A stretch of DNA of 64,000 nucleotides from the human T2T-CHM13v2.0 reference genome, Homo sapiens: the NCBI RefSeq assembly GCF_009914755.1, contig NC_060930.1, one strand, 5' to 3'. Of the stretch, positions 1-64,000 are shown one piece after another. Under the pieces are notes generated by a model that ran no database searches, was not told the DNA's origin, and worked only from the letters and a program-made list of their open reading frames with translations. The stretch's first letter is position 1. Each line of letters begins with the position of its first letter. The position numbers and the translations under genes were made by a program.

Positions 1-95
1 CATTTGATCCAGCAATCCCATTACTGGGTATATATCCAAAAGAAAATCATTCTACTAAAAGACACATGCACTTGTATGTTCATCACGGCACTGTT
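1..95 (+). mobile_element. Old primate L1 (L1PA15/16-like) ORF2 3' end, left piece
   Basis: catttgatccagcaatcccattactgggtatatatcc...gacacatgcacttgtatgttcatc; continues at 2955. Confidence 0.8.
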
Positions 96-2954
<2,859 letters not shown>

Positions 2955-3410
2955 CATCACAGCACTATTAACCATAGCCAAGATATGGAATAAACCTAGG
3001 TGCCCATCAAAGGTGGGTTGGATAAATAAAATGTGGTACATACATAACATGGAATACTAAGCAGCCATAAGAAATGAAGTCATGTCATTTGCAGCAACAT
3101 GGATGCACCCCAAGGCCACTGTCCTAAGTGAATTAATGCAGAAACAGAAAAGCCACGTACCACATGTTCTCACTTATAAGTAGGAGCTAAACATTGGTTA
3201 CTCATGGATATAAAGATGGAAACAATAGACACTGAAGACTAGTAGATGGGGGAAGGAAGGAGGGGGACAAGCATTGAAAAACTATGGGTACTATGCTTGG
3301 TACCTGGATTATAGGATCAATTGTATCCCAAACCTCCGCAGTATACCTGGGTAACAAACTTGCTCATGTACCCTCTGAATCTAAAATAAAAATTGAAATT
3401 ATATTTTTAA
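2955..3410 (+). mobile_element. L1PA15/16-like ORF2 end and 3' UTR, right piece
   Basis: ITALLTIAKIWNKPRCPS...WINKMWYIHNMEY; 3' UTR ends ctaaaataaaaattgaaatt. Confidence 0.82.
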
Positions 3411-3621
3411 AATGGCTTTTTTTCCTGTATAAGTGTGGAATATAATATAAGCATACATTTAATTTGTTAAGTGAACATTGGGTTTGCTTTCTCAAGAAGA
3501 GACAAGTTAGTCTGGAGTACCTAAACTTCTTATATTGGTCCACTGAACATATAAGCTAATATTACTTTTACATAATATTTGGAGTAGCTAAAAACATAAA
3601 ACACATGTTCAAATAAATTGA

Positions 3622-3924
<303 letters not shown>

Positions 3925-4353
3925 TTGACAAAGTTTTTTATAACAGTAATTGTTCTATAGCATGTCAGCTTGAACATAATTTCAAAGATCCTCAGGTATC
4001 TTAAAATTGAGTATATTTCAGTTATAAGCAACACTGAAATACTGCTATGAATAATTTTAAGTATATATACAGTTGTTTCTTATATTTGTACACTATGGAG
4101 TTGCTGTCTTCAAGTCATATTTTTAATAAAAGTGTTCATTTTTGCAAATTCAAGGTTTAAAAATTTTGCTATATATATTAATGAGATTTGCTGTTCTACA
4201 AAAATACTTGCATATTATAGTTTTAAATTACCATCCTTTCAGTTTTCTCTGTGAAACTTGTTATTTTCATTAAAATTTTTGATTAATATAGGTAGCTGAC
4301 ACTAAACTAAGAACAATAGTGAAATACAGAGAAACAGAGAAATACAACTGTGT

Positions 4354-4680
<327 letters not shown>

Positions 4681-4825
4681 TTAACCAGAAAACCAACTAT
4701 TATTCTCAGGTATGCAACATCCTATCTTAATCGAATGATTAATTTATCTCTGAAAGCCACTGATTCTGTTTTACCACTGAATTGGATCTTAAATTTAGAA
4801 AAAATGAGATAAAAATTTCAGGATG

Positions 4826-5133
4826 GGCTGGGCTTAGTGGTTCATGCATGTAATCTTAGCACATTGGAAGGCCAAAGTAAGAGGATTACTTTAGCCCAGG
4901 AGTTTGAGACCAGCATGGGAAACACAGTGAAATTCCTGTCTCTACAATCAATCAATCCATCAATCAATAAATGCCTGGTGAGGTGGTGTCTACCTGTAGT
5001 CGAAGCTACTCATGAGGCTAAGGCAGGAGGATTGCTTGAGCCCAGGGGTTCAAGGTTGCAGTGAGCTACGATTTGTGCCACTGCACTCCAGTCTGGGCAA
5101 GAGAGAGACCCTGTCTCAAAAAACAAGAAAAAG
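4826..5133 (+). mobile_element. Alu (AluJ-like) whose middle linker has become a (TCAA)n repeat
   Basis: Alu arms; caatcaatcaatccatcaatcaataaa at about 4946-4971. Confidence 0.88.
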
Positions 5134-6061
5134 AAGTAGGGTATTTTACACTAAAATTATCTTGGAGATTTCTCATAGGTTCCTGGAAAATCACAAACTT
5201 TAGTACAGGTATACCGTGGAGATATTGTGAGTCTGGTTCCGGACCACCAAAATATAACAAATATTGCAATAAAGCGAGTCACACAAACTTTTTGTTTCCT
5301 GGTGCATATAAAATTATGTTTGTACCATACTGTTAGTCTGTTACATGTGCAACAGAATTGTGTCTTAAAAACAATGTACATATTTTAGTTTAAAAATACT
5401 TTATTGCTAGAAAATGCTAATGATCATCTGAGCTTTCAGAAAGTCAGAATCTTTTTCTGGTGGAGGGTCTCGCTCCAATGTTGATGCCTGCTGACTGATC
5501 AGGGTGGTGGTTGGGGTGGCTGTGTCAATTTCTTAAGATAACACTGAAGTATGCTGCATCCATTGGACTCTTCCTTTCGCAAAAGATTTCTTTGTAGCAT
5601 GCAATGCTGTTTGATTGCATTTTACCCACAGTAGAACTTTCGAAATTGGAGTCAATCCTCTCAAACAGCTTCTGCTTTATTAACTAAGTTTATGTAGTAT
5701 TTAAATTCTTTGTTGTCATTTCAACAATGTTCACAGCATCTTCACCAAAAGTAGATTTAATCCCAAGAAACTTCGCTCATCCATAAGAAGCAACTCCTTA
5801 GCCATTCAAATTTTATCATGAGATTGCAGCAATTCAGTCACATCTTTAGGCTCCACTTTCCAATTCTAGTTCTCGAGCTATTTCCATGTCTGCAGTGACT
5901 TCCTCCACTGAATTCTTGAACCCTCAGAATCATCCATGAGGGTTGGAATCAACTTCCTCCAAATTTCGGTTAAAGTTGATATTTTGATCTCCAATGAATC
6001 ACGAACGTTCTTAATGGCATCTAGAATGGTGAATTCTTTCCAGGTTTTCAATGTACTTTGA

Positions 6062-6427
<366 letters not shown>

Positions 6428-7044
6428 TACAACATGTATTTCTTAAATAACAAGACTTGAAAATCAAAATTACTCCTTGATCTGTGAGGTGCAGAACGGA
6501 TGTTGTGTTAGCAGGCATGAAAGCAACACTAATCACCTTGTACATTGCCATCAGAGTTCTTGGGTGACCAGGTTGTCAATGAGCAGTAGTGTTTTCAAAG
6601 GTATCTTTTTTATTTTTTTATTTTTTTTCTGGAAAGCAGGTCTTAACAATGGACTTAAAATATTCAGTAAACCATGCTATAAACAGATGGGCTGTCATGC
6701 AGGCTTTGTTGTTCCATTGACAGAGCATGGTAGGGTAGATTTAATATAATTCTTAAGGGCCCTAGAATTTTTGGAATGGTAAAGAAGCACTGGCTTCATC
6801 TTAACACCAGCTGCATTAGCCCCCAATGAGAGCCTGTCCTTTGAAGCTAGGCATTGACTTCTCTCTAGCTATGAAAGTCCTAGATTGGTCCTTCTACCAA
6901 TATAAGGATGTTTCATCTGCGTTGAAAATTTGTATAGATTTTCATCAATGATATTAGCTAAATCATCTGGATAACTTGCTTCTTCATCAGCACCCCCTTG
7001 CACTTTTATTAGAGATGGCTTCTTTCCTTAAACATCATGAACCA

Positions 7045-7346
7045 GGCCGGACGCGATGGCTCACGCCTGTAATCCCAACACTTTGGGAGGCTGAGGCGGG
7101 TGGATCACGAGGTCAGGAGTTTGAGACCAGCCTGGCCACCATGGTGAACCCCTTCTCTTCTTAAAATACAACAATTAGCCAGGCATGGTGGCAGGTGCCT
7201 GTAATCCCAGATATGCAGGAGGCTGAGGCAGGAGAATCGCTTGAACCCAGGAGGTGGAGGTTTCAGTGAGCTGAGATCGCACTTTTGCACTCCAGCCTGG
7301 GCAACAAGAGCAAAACTCTGTCTCAAACAAAAACAAAAACCAAAAC
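7045..7346 (+). mobile_element. Alu (AluS-like) inside Tigger1
   Basis: TSD catcatgaacca at 7033-7044 and 7347-7358. Confidence 0.95.
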
Positions 7347-8148
7347 CATCATGAACCAACCTCTGCTAGCTTCCAACTTTTTTTTTTTTTTTTTTGGCAG
7401 CTTTCTTGCCTCTCTCACCTTTACAGAATTGAAGAGCTTTAATGCCCTTCTCTGGATTAGGTTTTGGCTTCAGGGAATATTGTGGCTGATTTGATCTTCT
7501 ATCCAGACCACTGCACCTTTCTCCTTATCAGCCATAAGGTTGCTTGCTTTCTTATCATTCATATGTTCACTGAAGTAGCATCCTTAACTTCCTTCAATGA
7601 CTTTTCCTTTGCTTACACAACTTGGCTGCTTGGCACAATAGTTTCAGCTTTCAGCCTCTCTTGGCTTTTGACATGCCTTTTTCACTAAGCTTAATCATAG
7701 CTAGCTTTTGATGAAAGTGAGAGACTTGAGACTCTTCTATTCACTTGAACATTTAGAGGCCACGGTAGGGTAACTAATTGGTTTAATTTCAATATTGGTG
7801 TGTCTGAGGGAATAGAAGTCTCAAAAAGAGGGAGAGGGGGGAATGGCCATTTATTGGAACAGTCAGAACACACAGAACATGTATTAACTATCTTATATGG
7901 GTGTGGTTTGTGGCACCTCAAAACAATTACAGTGGTAACATAAATGACTACTGATCACAGATCACCATGGACAGATAGAATGAGATTTTAAAAGTTGGAA
8001 ATATCGCAATTACCAAAATGTGACACATGAAGTTATCACCTGCTGTTGGAAAAATGGTACTGACAGCCTTGCTGGATGCATGGTTACCAGTTATCTGCAA
8101 AGTGCAATAATGCAAAGCACAATAAAATAAAGTGTGCCTGTACTTCTT

Positions 8149-8154
8149 TTTATT
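8149..8154 (-). terminator. Candidate distal poly(A) signal of PHIP (AATAAA)
   Basis: tttatt on +; UGUA at 8199-8196 upstream; U/GU-rich sequence downstream inside the Tigger1 end. Confidence 0.6.
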
Positions 8155-8399
8155 AGTAAACATGTACTTTTAAAGCAATTCACAATTTATAGCAATACAA
8201 TAGTGTGTTGTAAAAACATTAAAAGTCCTTCTGCTAAGGGTTCAGAAAACCTCACACTTAACAACAATCAGGTCATGGCCGCAAGACACAGCTTGTCTGG
8301 AAGCTACACATTAAATGATGTATTCTATTTAGGGACTAAATATAAAAGCCAAAGTTGAGCCATGAATACAGAGGACAGTATACAAATGAGATTATCACC

Positions 8400-8578
8400 A
8401 CTGGCTATTTGAACAGAATTAGACCTCACAGATAATTTAATCAACCTTTAAAACTTTACAGATGAGGAAAATGAAGCTCTGAGATACGACTTTGCTGGGG
8501 TTCCTCTACTTCCTGTCAGGAATGAAGGTCAAATTCCCATTTCCCAACTCCAGGCCAGTTCATTACACTGTGCTGCCA
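8400..8578 (-). mobile_element. MIR-family SINE remnant in the PHIP 3' UTR
   Basis: MIR core tttacagatgaggaaaatgaagctctgaga. Confidence 0.55.
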
Positions 8579-9299
8579 GTATGTCTAACCAATTAGGTAG
8601 AAAGGTATTTCATTGAATGACTTCCACCATTCTTTTCCCAAAGACTAATCAGTAAGTGGTAAATGTGTTAAATTTACCACACATTGATTACAAACACGAA
8701 GTACTATATTGCAAGGAACAGAGGTTTTGTGCTTTGGTCTTTAATCTTACTTCCGTTAAATACTGGGGAATCCTGGGTCATAAAATTGGTATTATTACAA
8801 AAGAGAAATAAGTAAAGAGTGGTTGCTGAAAGGTAATTTTTCTTGGCTGGTTCTTCTAAGTATATACTAGGTATTGTTATTAGCAGACTTCATAAAGAAA
8901 AGGTTATCAGGAATTTTTTTTACCTTCCTTCCTCAACTTAGAAATTTATTATATACAAAATCATTTTAACAAAACATCTTAGGGAGAAATTAACACAAAA
9001 TTACAAATCACTCCATGTGCTTAATTTGAAATGTTATGGCCTTATGTATTCATATCTAATGGTCTTCATGCTAAAATTGGGATTCTTAGTCAATAAAAAT
9101 GCATGCCAATCTGACAAAATTTCTAGGAAAACTGCAATAACCTTCTTTCCATCATTCCTTTTTTCCCAGAAATTGCACATTTTTGAGAAAATATTTATGC
9201 AAAGTGTTCCACTGAAATGTATCTCTTACGAAAGTATCTGAATAGTGAAGTATTTATCACTCATCACAGTAACTTACGGTAAGAAATCAATAAAATTGT

Positions 9300-9305
9300 T
9301 TTATT
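9300..9305 (-). terminator. Candidate alternative poly(A) signal of PHIP (AATAAA)
   Basis: tttatt on +; UGUA at 9314-9311 just upstream. Confidence 0.45.
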
Positions 9306-12300
9306 AAATGTACACATAAAAAGGCATATAAGTTTTTGACCTTCAGTTGTTTTGGAATTAAATTACATTTCGGCACCCAAATATCTTTTAACTGACAGTT
9401 TTCACACTTTGCAAAACACACAGGGCACTGGAAACTCTAATGAACCAGCATTTACATAATGGTATCTGCCATATGACCACTTTGGTAAGCAGCTTGTTGA
9501 GATTATGTACTAAGTGCTTTATGTGATGCCAAAAAACTTTAAAAAGCAAATAATAAATCATGAGGCTCTACAAAATAGCTTAGAAAAACAAGTTTTCTAT
9601 TTATTTAAAAATAAGTTTGTAGTTACTACATTGCAGGGACAGGTATTCTTACACATACATTCTAGTTTGTATAAAAGGATTCAAAGAATTATGCATCAAA
9701 ACTAACATAGAAAGTGTCCACGTAACAGTAAAGAAAGGTCCAATCAGTATGTACAAAAAGAAAGGGCACTGCTATTCTGGTGTGAAACTGCTGTTTATAA
9801 TATGATACTCCAGGTTCGGAAGGAAAAAAACAAACTTCAATAAAGCTAAATAATTAATTTGTTTTAAAACTCTGTGTTACTTATTACATACAACAGATCT
9901 GCTTGTGTTTAAACATTGTTTTCTGTACAAAATAAGCATAATCTTAATTTGAAAATGTGTCAGTTTCAACTTTCACCCTCTAGGTCAGTTACTTTTTAAA
10001 AATTGAGCTACATTCTACACATGTCTAAATATCCTGTGACAGGATTTAAGTTTTCTAAAAGATCTTCAGTAAGACCCCTGTCTTCTTGCAGTTTTAATAT
10101 GGTCCAAAAATGTAACTTTGTATTGTCTCATGTTATAGTCTATCATTGTGACTAATCAACACACACAATCTTAAAGTAACCAGCATGTGTGCATCTGCCT
10201 TATATGCATGTACTATATTCCATCTTGAACCTATTTTCTTGGCTCCTTGAATTGTAGAAACTCAGCCATGCACTAAGTATTTGGTCTGTGCCATAAGGTT
10301 AATTTCCTGATAATTTTTATCTGCATTAAAAAAGTATTTCAACACAGAGCTATCAAAACTAAAAATAATATCTATTTATAGCTCATATTTTCTACTCACT
10401 GTTCTACTGCAGTGTGTACAAGGTTTATCTCTGGAGCGCCAAAAGTGGTACTTACAGTCTTCTGACTCAATTTGACCTTTTCTTGGGTACTATACATAGT
10501 TCGTAATGACTTTTCATTTGGAGCAAACTTTGCTCAGTATAATTAACAAAAATAGTTTCTTAGTAAGTGTAATATTAATTTTAGTTCAGATCACTTGGAA
10601 ATTAGGGGAACTAAGGGAAACTGCAAGGGTAGAAGCAAAGAAAAGTGTATTTTTCAAATTTTAATGGGAAAATAAATTCTTGCCTAAGTGTAACAAAACC
10701 ACTGCTCAATCTGTTATGTTAGAAATACTTTTTAGGTTAATAGGAGTAATCAGATGATAAAACTACTTCCCCTATTATGACTTTTAAAATCATGTAACTC
10801 CTGCATATAAGCAGAACACTTACAGTCCTTTAATCACTCAAGTATCTTGGTCCTTTCAACCTACTCAAAAATAAATTTCAGGTAACAAAAACATTCAGAA
10901 TATATCCGTTTTCATTAGATAGAAAACTGAAAAAGTTGCTTCTAGCTGACATTTGAGAGAGATATACAGTAGGTATATATGTATAAAATGGAATGTCAGA
11001 ATTGAAGTAAACATTGTTAACTGGAGAAATTAATTTATATTACAAATCATATCTGAAAACATGTAAATGCTGCTAACATATAAGATAAAAATATTTGAAT
11101 ACATTTCTTAAAATGTCTGATTCCTCTACTGCACTGCAGATGAGGGACAGTTCTAGATGTTAACATACATGCTGCATAAAGATATTTTCTCTGATTACTG
11201 TATCTTATGTAATTCATTTCCAAGTGATAACTAAATTTAGTCAATCCCAAGTCTCAGATGTTACCTAATCCAGCTCACAAATATTCCACATACTTATTTA
11301 CTTGGATTGGAGGAAGACAGTTTTATAATAATGCCAGCAGTCTTTAAATTTGTAGTGAAGTTGTGCAATAAAAACAATTGAAATAAGGCCAATCTTTAGT
11401 TATAATACATGCAGAAAATAGTCCAATGCCACTATAGCAGGTCACAAAGGATAAAATTTTAAAAAGCTATGTATCTATTGCCCAGGGCTGTGAGTCTCTG
11501 ATTAGACTAAATATTTAAACTAATGCTCCACTGAAACTTTTCATCTGGGACTTGAGAATGTTGGAGTTGAGGGAGAGAATACTAGGGTTGGGTACTTAGA
11601 AATACCTAAATTGGTTTACACTTTCCATGCATGTAAGAGTTATATTTCTGAACTTTCAGTAAATTGGAGATGTTTTTATTGCTTACCTAAGACAACTGCC
11701 AATATTTCTTTCTGGCCTATTAACAGTACATACATAGTGTTACTGCCTCAAAGAGGATTATTTTCCCAAGTGGTAAAGAAAACAAAAATATGGTGATGAC
11801 TTAAATTTCTTAATTCAACTTCTGTAATGCATAGAAGCTAAATTATAAAAATATAAAATCTAAATATATTGGTATTACTAATACATGTTTAAGTGTTTCG
11901 GTTACAAAGAATCTGATCCAAGTTACTGTGCTTTACTAAGAAACCAGTGTCTAATAATGTCCAAATAAGGTCATAAATATACAGTGTCTGTAGAACAGGA
12001 ATAATACATTTACATGTTATAGGAAAGATGGTAAATACTCATTTCTTTGCTTGAGTTGGAATTAACACATACACTGTACTAGAGGTATATTCCACTCTAA
12101 GACTGTGTACGCTCTTCCTTTTTCTGTACACAACTTAAAACTGTACATTTTTTTTACAAAAATTGATTTTATAGCCTATTATTTTTTTCTTAACACAATG
12201 CAGATAACATCAGGAAATTACATATTTCAAATAGATTGCCTTCAAAAGCAACTAATTAATGACAAATTTCAAACATACACTATTATTTTCAAGAATGGTG

Positions 12301-14189
12301 TAACTGAAAGACTCATTTTTCTATACAATCAAGCCATCCATTTCTGCATTATGAAGAGTTTAACTACTGAATTTTAATTTTATAGTTAAATATATTTGTT
12401 AGAAAAAAATAAATATACAAAAAACCTGAAAAATTTGAAATTATTTTTCAACTGCAAAATCTCAGCAATGCAGTCAAGATCTGGAAAATGGTTTACTTAA
12501 TTTCACAGGAGAATTTCTGTACAAATTTAGTTACAAATGATCTAAAAAGCCCAAATGTATCACTTTTTCATTCTTCACGACAGTTAAATGACAGCTAATA
12601 TTTATCCTTATCAGAAATAATTATGTAATGTATTTTGCCAAGGTTCAATTGCAGACTTTATTTTTCTACATCAGGGTCATGCTGATACATATTTTCCCCA
12701 TCCTCACTTTTTAAAAATGTAGTATCTGAAAATTTTGATTACATTTTTGTACCATACCAGTCCTCAGAAAATACTACATTCTTTAAATTTTTAAAAAAAT
12801 GGACAGTAATTTTTAAACAATAGAAATGGTAAGTATGTTGGTTTTTAAGGTATAAAATAACTAACTGTACCATAAACAAATAAATAACTGCTTTCCTTTT
12901 CCATAGCAGTACATATAGCAATACATTCTCCTAAGTCATATAGTTATCATTTACAATAGACAACTTAATTTTACTAATGATGCAAAAAATAATAGAATAC
13001 AAGGCACAATCATTAAATGGAGTTTTTCTTTAGGGTGTATATTGACATACCAGCATGATAAGGATACCGTAAAAAGTGCAGAAAAAACACAATGTGCAAT
13101 GAGACCACTGTATAAAACATGATTGCATAAAAAGTGATTTGGCCTATTTTAACCTTTAATAATTGAAAATAACCAATTTCCCCCTTAAAATTAAACTATA
13201 AAGTATGACATTTTAAAATTATTTTTATTCTACTGCTATCTAAAAAATCCTGAAAAAAGAATTTATACCTGGGTAATAGTATATAAGTATGTGTTTGTAT
13301 ATATATTTAATTATACCCATTTATCAATATATACACATACACACACAGACACGTTTCTTTGTAAGTCATTTTAGGCTATTAGATATGTCTAAAGTTTAGA
13401 AATGACATTAATCCAGATCAACAAGTAAACATCAAATCCCATACCTTTTTTCCTGTATTTTCCTTGAATCCTTTAACCACTTAAACATTTCCTCTAGAAC
13501 ATCTCTGTCAAAGGACCCACCAGTGCATTATTTTCTATTAGTACCAAAAAAAGATATATCTCAGCATAACTCTTTAATAACTTGCTCTTTAGAATATATA
13601 GCCTTTCCAATATTGAAAAGTGTATGCTGTCCTGACGTCAAAAACAGGCTTTCCACTGCACTGATTCTCAGTCTTTGGCACAATAAACAGAGATTGAGTG
13701 ATATAAGAATCAAGGTCTGAAAAATTAGACAGTCAAATGTTTTCCAATGTGGATATGTTTCCCTTCATCAGTACATTTTCTCTTAAGTTTGGCAGAAATG
13801 GAATAAAGCAAAAGCCTCCTCTAGATACTTTGTAGATGAACATTCTATAATTAAAATTAAACTGTTTAGGGTATCAAATGGTGGAAATTTTATATTTATC
13901 TTTTAGAGGAAACATTTCTTAATTCACTGCTACTCTGTATAACATCTATCTTTTAGGGGCATGACTTGTATCAATAGAAATGTACCTCACTTGGTCAAAA
14001 ATAATTCATTTTAACATGAAATGCTCTATCACTAGGAATATTATGCTCCTAAAGAGTGTAGCAGAATTGTCTTTTCTATAAATAAATCAGGAATTCATTA
14101 TAGATCAATTTCTTTCGTTTCAAACAGTGAATGAAATGAATGTGAAAATGCATAACCTATCTAAGGGCAATAAATAGCAAACATTTAAA

Positions 14190-14221
14190 ATATATATGTA
14201 TATATTTATATATATATATAT
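14190..14221. repeat. Imperfect (TA)n microsatellite in the 3' UTR
   Basis: atatatatgtatatatttatatatatatat. Confidence 0.85.
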
Positions 14222-14254
14222 TCATTTAAAGAAGTGAAGTGTCTCGTAAGTTTG

Positions 14255-14281
14255 TTTTTTTTTTTTTTTTTTTTTTTTTTT
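14255..14281. repeat. T27 homopolymer (A27 in PHIP mRNA)
   Basis: Direct count. Confidence 0.95.
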
Positions 14282-14402
14282 GCAAATCAAATCATAACAT
14301 TCCCTACTCCACCACAGCAGCAAGGAAGCAGAAGCCTTAGTTCTACTTATTCCTTAACTGTACCTGCTTTATAGATTTTGAAGTAAAATATTTTGGTACA
14401 AG

Positions 14403-62064
<47,662 letters not shown>

Positions 62065-62145
62065 CTAGAAAAAAATAAATTAAATTTATTCACAGATTGT
62101 TTAAAGAGCAGGATTTTTAGTTTAAAAGTTAAAATTTTTTAATTA

Positions 62146-62312
62146 AAAAAATTCAAGCTGGGCATGGTGGCGCATGCCTATAGTCCCAGCTACTTGGGAA
62201 GATTGCTTGAGCCTAGGAGTTCAAGGCTGCAGGGAGGGATGATTGCACCACTGCACTACAGCCTGGGTGACAAAGTGAGACAATTTATCCTAACATACAA
62301 CAACAATAAAAA
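62146..62312 (+). mobile_element. Alu right-arm monomer (FRAM/AluJ-like)
   Basis: agctgggcatggtggcgcatgcctatagtccc...cagcctgggtgacaaagtgagac. Confidence 0.8.
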
Positions 62313-62848
62313 CATTTGTTCATATTTAAGATATCACTTAAATGGATGAGGTTATAGTACCAACTCAAATATTTTAATATTCATCAAGTTAAAGGCTTAT
62401 CATGGTTATGCTGATATTTACTTGCTGATTGATTAGTTACAAAAATGCTGTTTTTTTTTTTTCTAATTAATGACAGACATAAGGATTCATGATAAAAGAC
62501 TAAACCAAACACTGAACTCTTCTGTATCTACATCAAACCTATAGAAATGATGTAAGAAAAAGGATAATGGGCTATGAGGCATATGTAATAGGCAGAGGCA
62601 AATTGGAAACCAAAATGGGGATCATAAAGCTACCCTGCCACTATGAAGATAAGATGCCATGTGGCTGGCTTATTTTTCTTCTGCTGGAATAAATGTGAGA
62701 AGTCTTCTGCAGATGAGAATACAACCAATAAACACTAAAAAACTGATAAAGTACAACACAGTGATGAAGACAAACTCAATAAACATTAAAATTTATACCT
62801 AAAAAACACAAAAAAACTTAATAAAGCTATCTCAAAAGTGAATACAAA

Positions 62849-63157
62849 GGCCAGCCATGGTAGCTCATGCCTGTAATCCCAGTACTTTGGGAGGCCAATG
62901 TGGGAGAATCCTGCTTTGGGGTCAGGAGTTTAAGACTGGCCAGGGCAATGGCAATACCCTGTCTCTACAAAGTTAAAAAATAAAATTTAAAGTTAGCCAG
63001 GCATGGTGGTATAAACCTATAGTCCCAGCTATTTGGGATGATAAGGCAAGAGGATCACTTGAGGCAGTCCAAGGCTGCAGTCAGCTAGGACTGTCCCAAC
63101 GCACTCTGGCCTGGGTAACACAATGAGACTCTGTCTCCCCACCAACCAAACAAAAAA
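62849..63157 (+). mobile_element. Alu (AluJ-like)
   Basis: Diverged two-arm Alu. Confidence 0.85.
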
Positions 63158-64000
63158 GAGAATCACATCCATGAAATAAATGCAGGGTCTTGTCTTAGAA
63201 AAAAACAAAGACTCAATTAGACATCCTTGAAATCGAAAATAACCAATTAAATTTGGGAAAAATAAATGATAGCCAGCTGACCACATAAATAATAACTGGT
63301 TATTCCAGTTTTTGCGACCACAGACGCTAAAAATATGTGAGTGTGCATGCACACACATACATATATGTATACATATACATATCATTCCTTTTATTTCTTA
63401 AAAAGTCCTCAAAGTACTACTGAATTAAGAGATAAGCACATCTTTTAATTTTAATAGATATTAACATATTCCATCCATAAAGGTAGTAGCAAGCAATACA
63501 AACTCTCATCATCATTATATAAGTTTATCTCAGCAAAGGATGCAAAAAAGGTACGCTTTCCACTTACCATGAAAAAGCCAACCAATCAATCAAGCAAAAA
63601 ACAAGATTATTTCAGAAAGAAATTTTCCTTTATTATACTAACAGGAATTCTAGCATTGTGAGGTCCTACTGATCCCAGGGTATGATACACTCAGTAAAGA
63701 AAAAAGGACTACTTGAGTATTTTGAAGAGATGAGTAATAAAACAGAAAAGTGAATTCTAGAGAAGAAGACTGATTTAGGAGTTTTAAAAAACTCAAATGA
63801 AAAAAAGGAAGGAACACGAAGCTGGTGAAGAAGGCTAGTTATTTATTTTTCCTTTGTTTCAATAATTGCTTTAGATAGTGACTTGGACCTAAAAAGAAGT
63901 TTCACATAGGCTTCCTCAATTTCAGACTCTAAGGCTCTGAAGCTTTCAAGCTAAGATGTTTTTCTCCAAAATAAAAGAAAAGAAAAGAAAAAAAGGAAAA

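Larger units (their letters stand above)
8125..14402 (-). other. PHIP: PHIP long 3' UTR (about 6.3 kb; distal end approximate)
   Basis: AT-rich and nearly free of interspersed repeats from the stop codon to the AATAAA at 8154-8149, beyond which repeat density jumps. This agrees with my recollection of a ~6 kb UTR. Confidence 0.7.

Noticed and set aside
8950-13335. Pumilio elements (8950, 9748, 13328) and miRNA seed matches (miR-124 at 13001-13007, miR-17 at 13073-13079) in the UTR
   Set aside because: The counts are unremarkable for 6 kb of AT-rich sequence without conservation data.

Overview
Human (or great-ape) genomic DNA carrying the 3' half of PHIP (BRWD2/DCAF14) on the minus strand. 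I traced 20 coding exons from 62064 down to the stop at 14403. They have canonical GT/AG sites, consistent phases and total 3147 nt (1048 aa plus stop). They correspond to exons 21-40 and aa 774-1821 if the remembered 40-exon, 1821-aa model is right, and W1081 and T1396 fall where expected under that numbering. A ~6.3 kb 3' UTR probably ends at the edge of a near-full-length Tigger1 DNA transposon. The rest is repeats: about 17 Alus, old L1/L2/MIR pieces, MER elements, a solo LTR, a decayed tRNA-Phe copy, and a full-length but coding-dead L1PA3-like element antisense in intron 24. The best candidate for an undescribed system is that L1, which has both halves of the gene-breaking architecture: an antisense poly(A) signal below a weak exon-24 donor, and an antisense promoter with intact donors about 0.9-1 kb from exon 25. 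It sits near the boundary between the WD40/DDB1-binding half and the Tudor-bromodomain reader half of PHIP. Other leads are a spliced plus-strand antisense transcript, candidate poison exons, a possible Alu 3' transduction, a fold-back Alu truncation and a tailless tRNA retrocopy. Repeat subfamily names and many repeat boundaries were judged by eye from remembered consensus sequences, and no expression evidence is available here.
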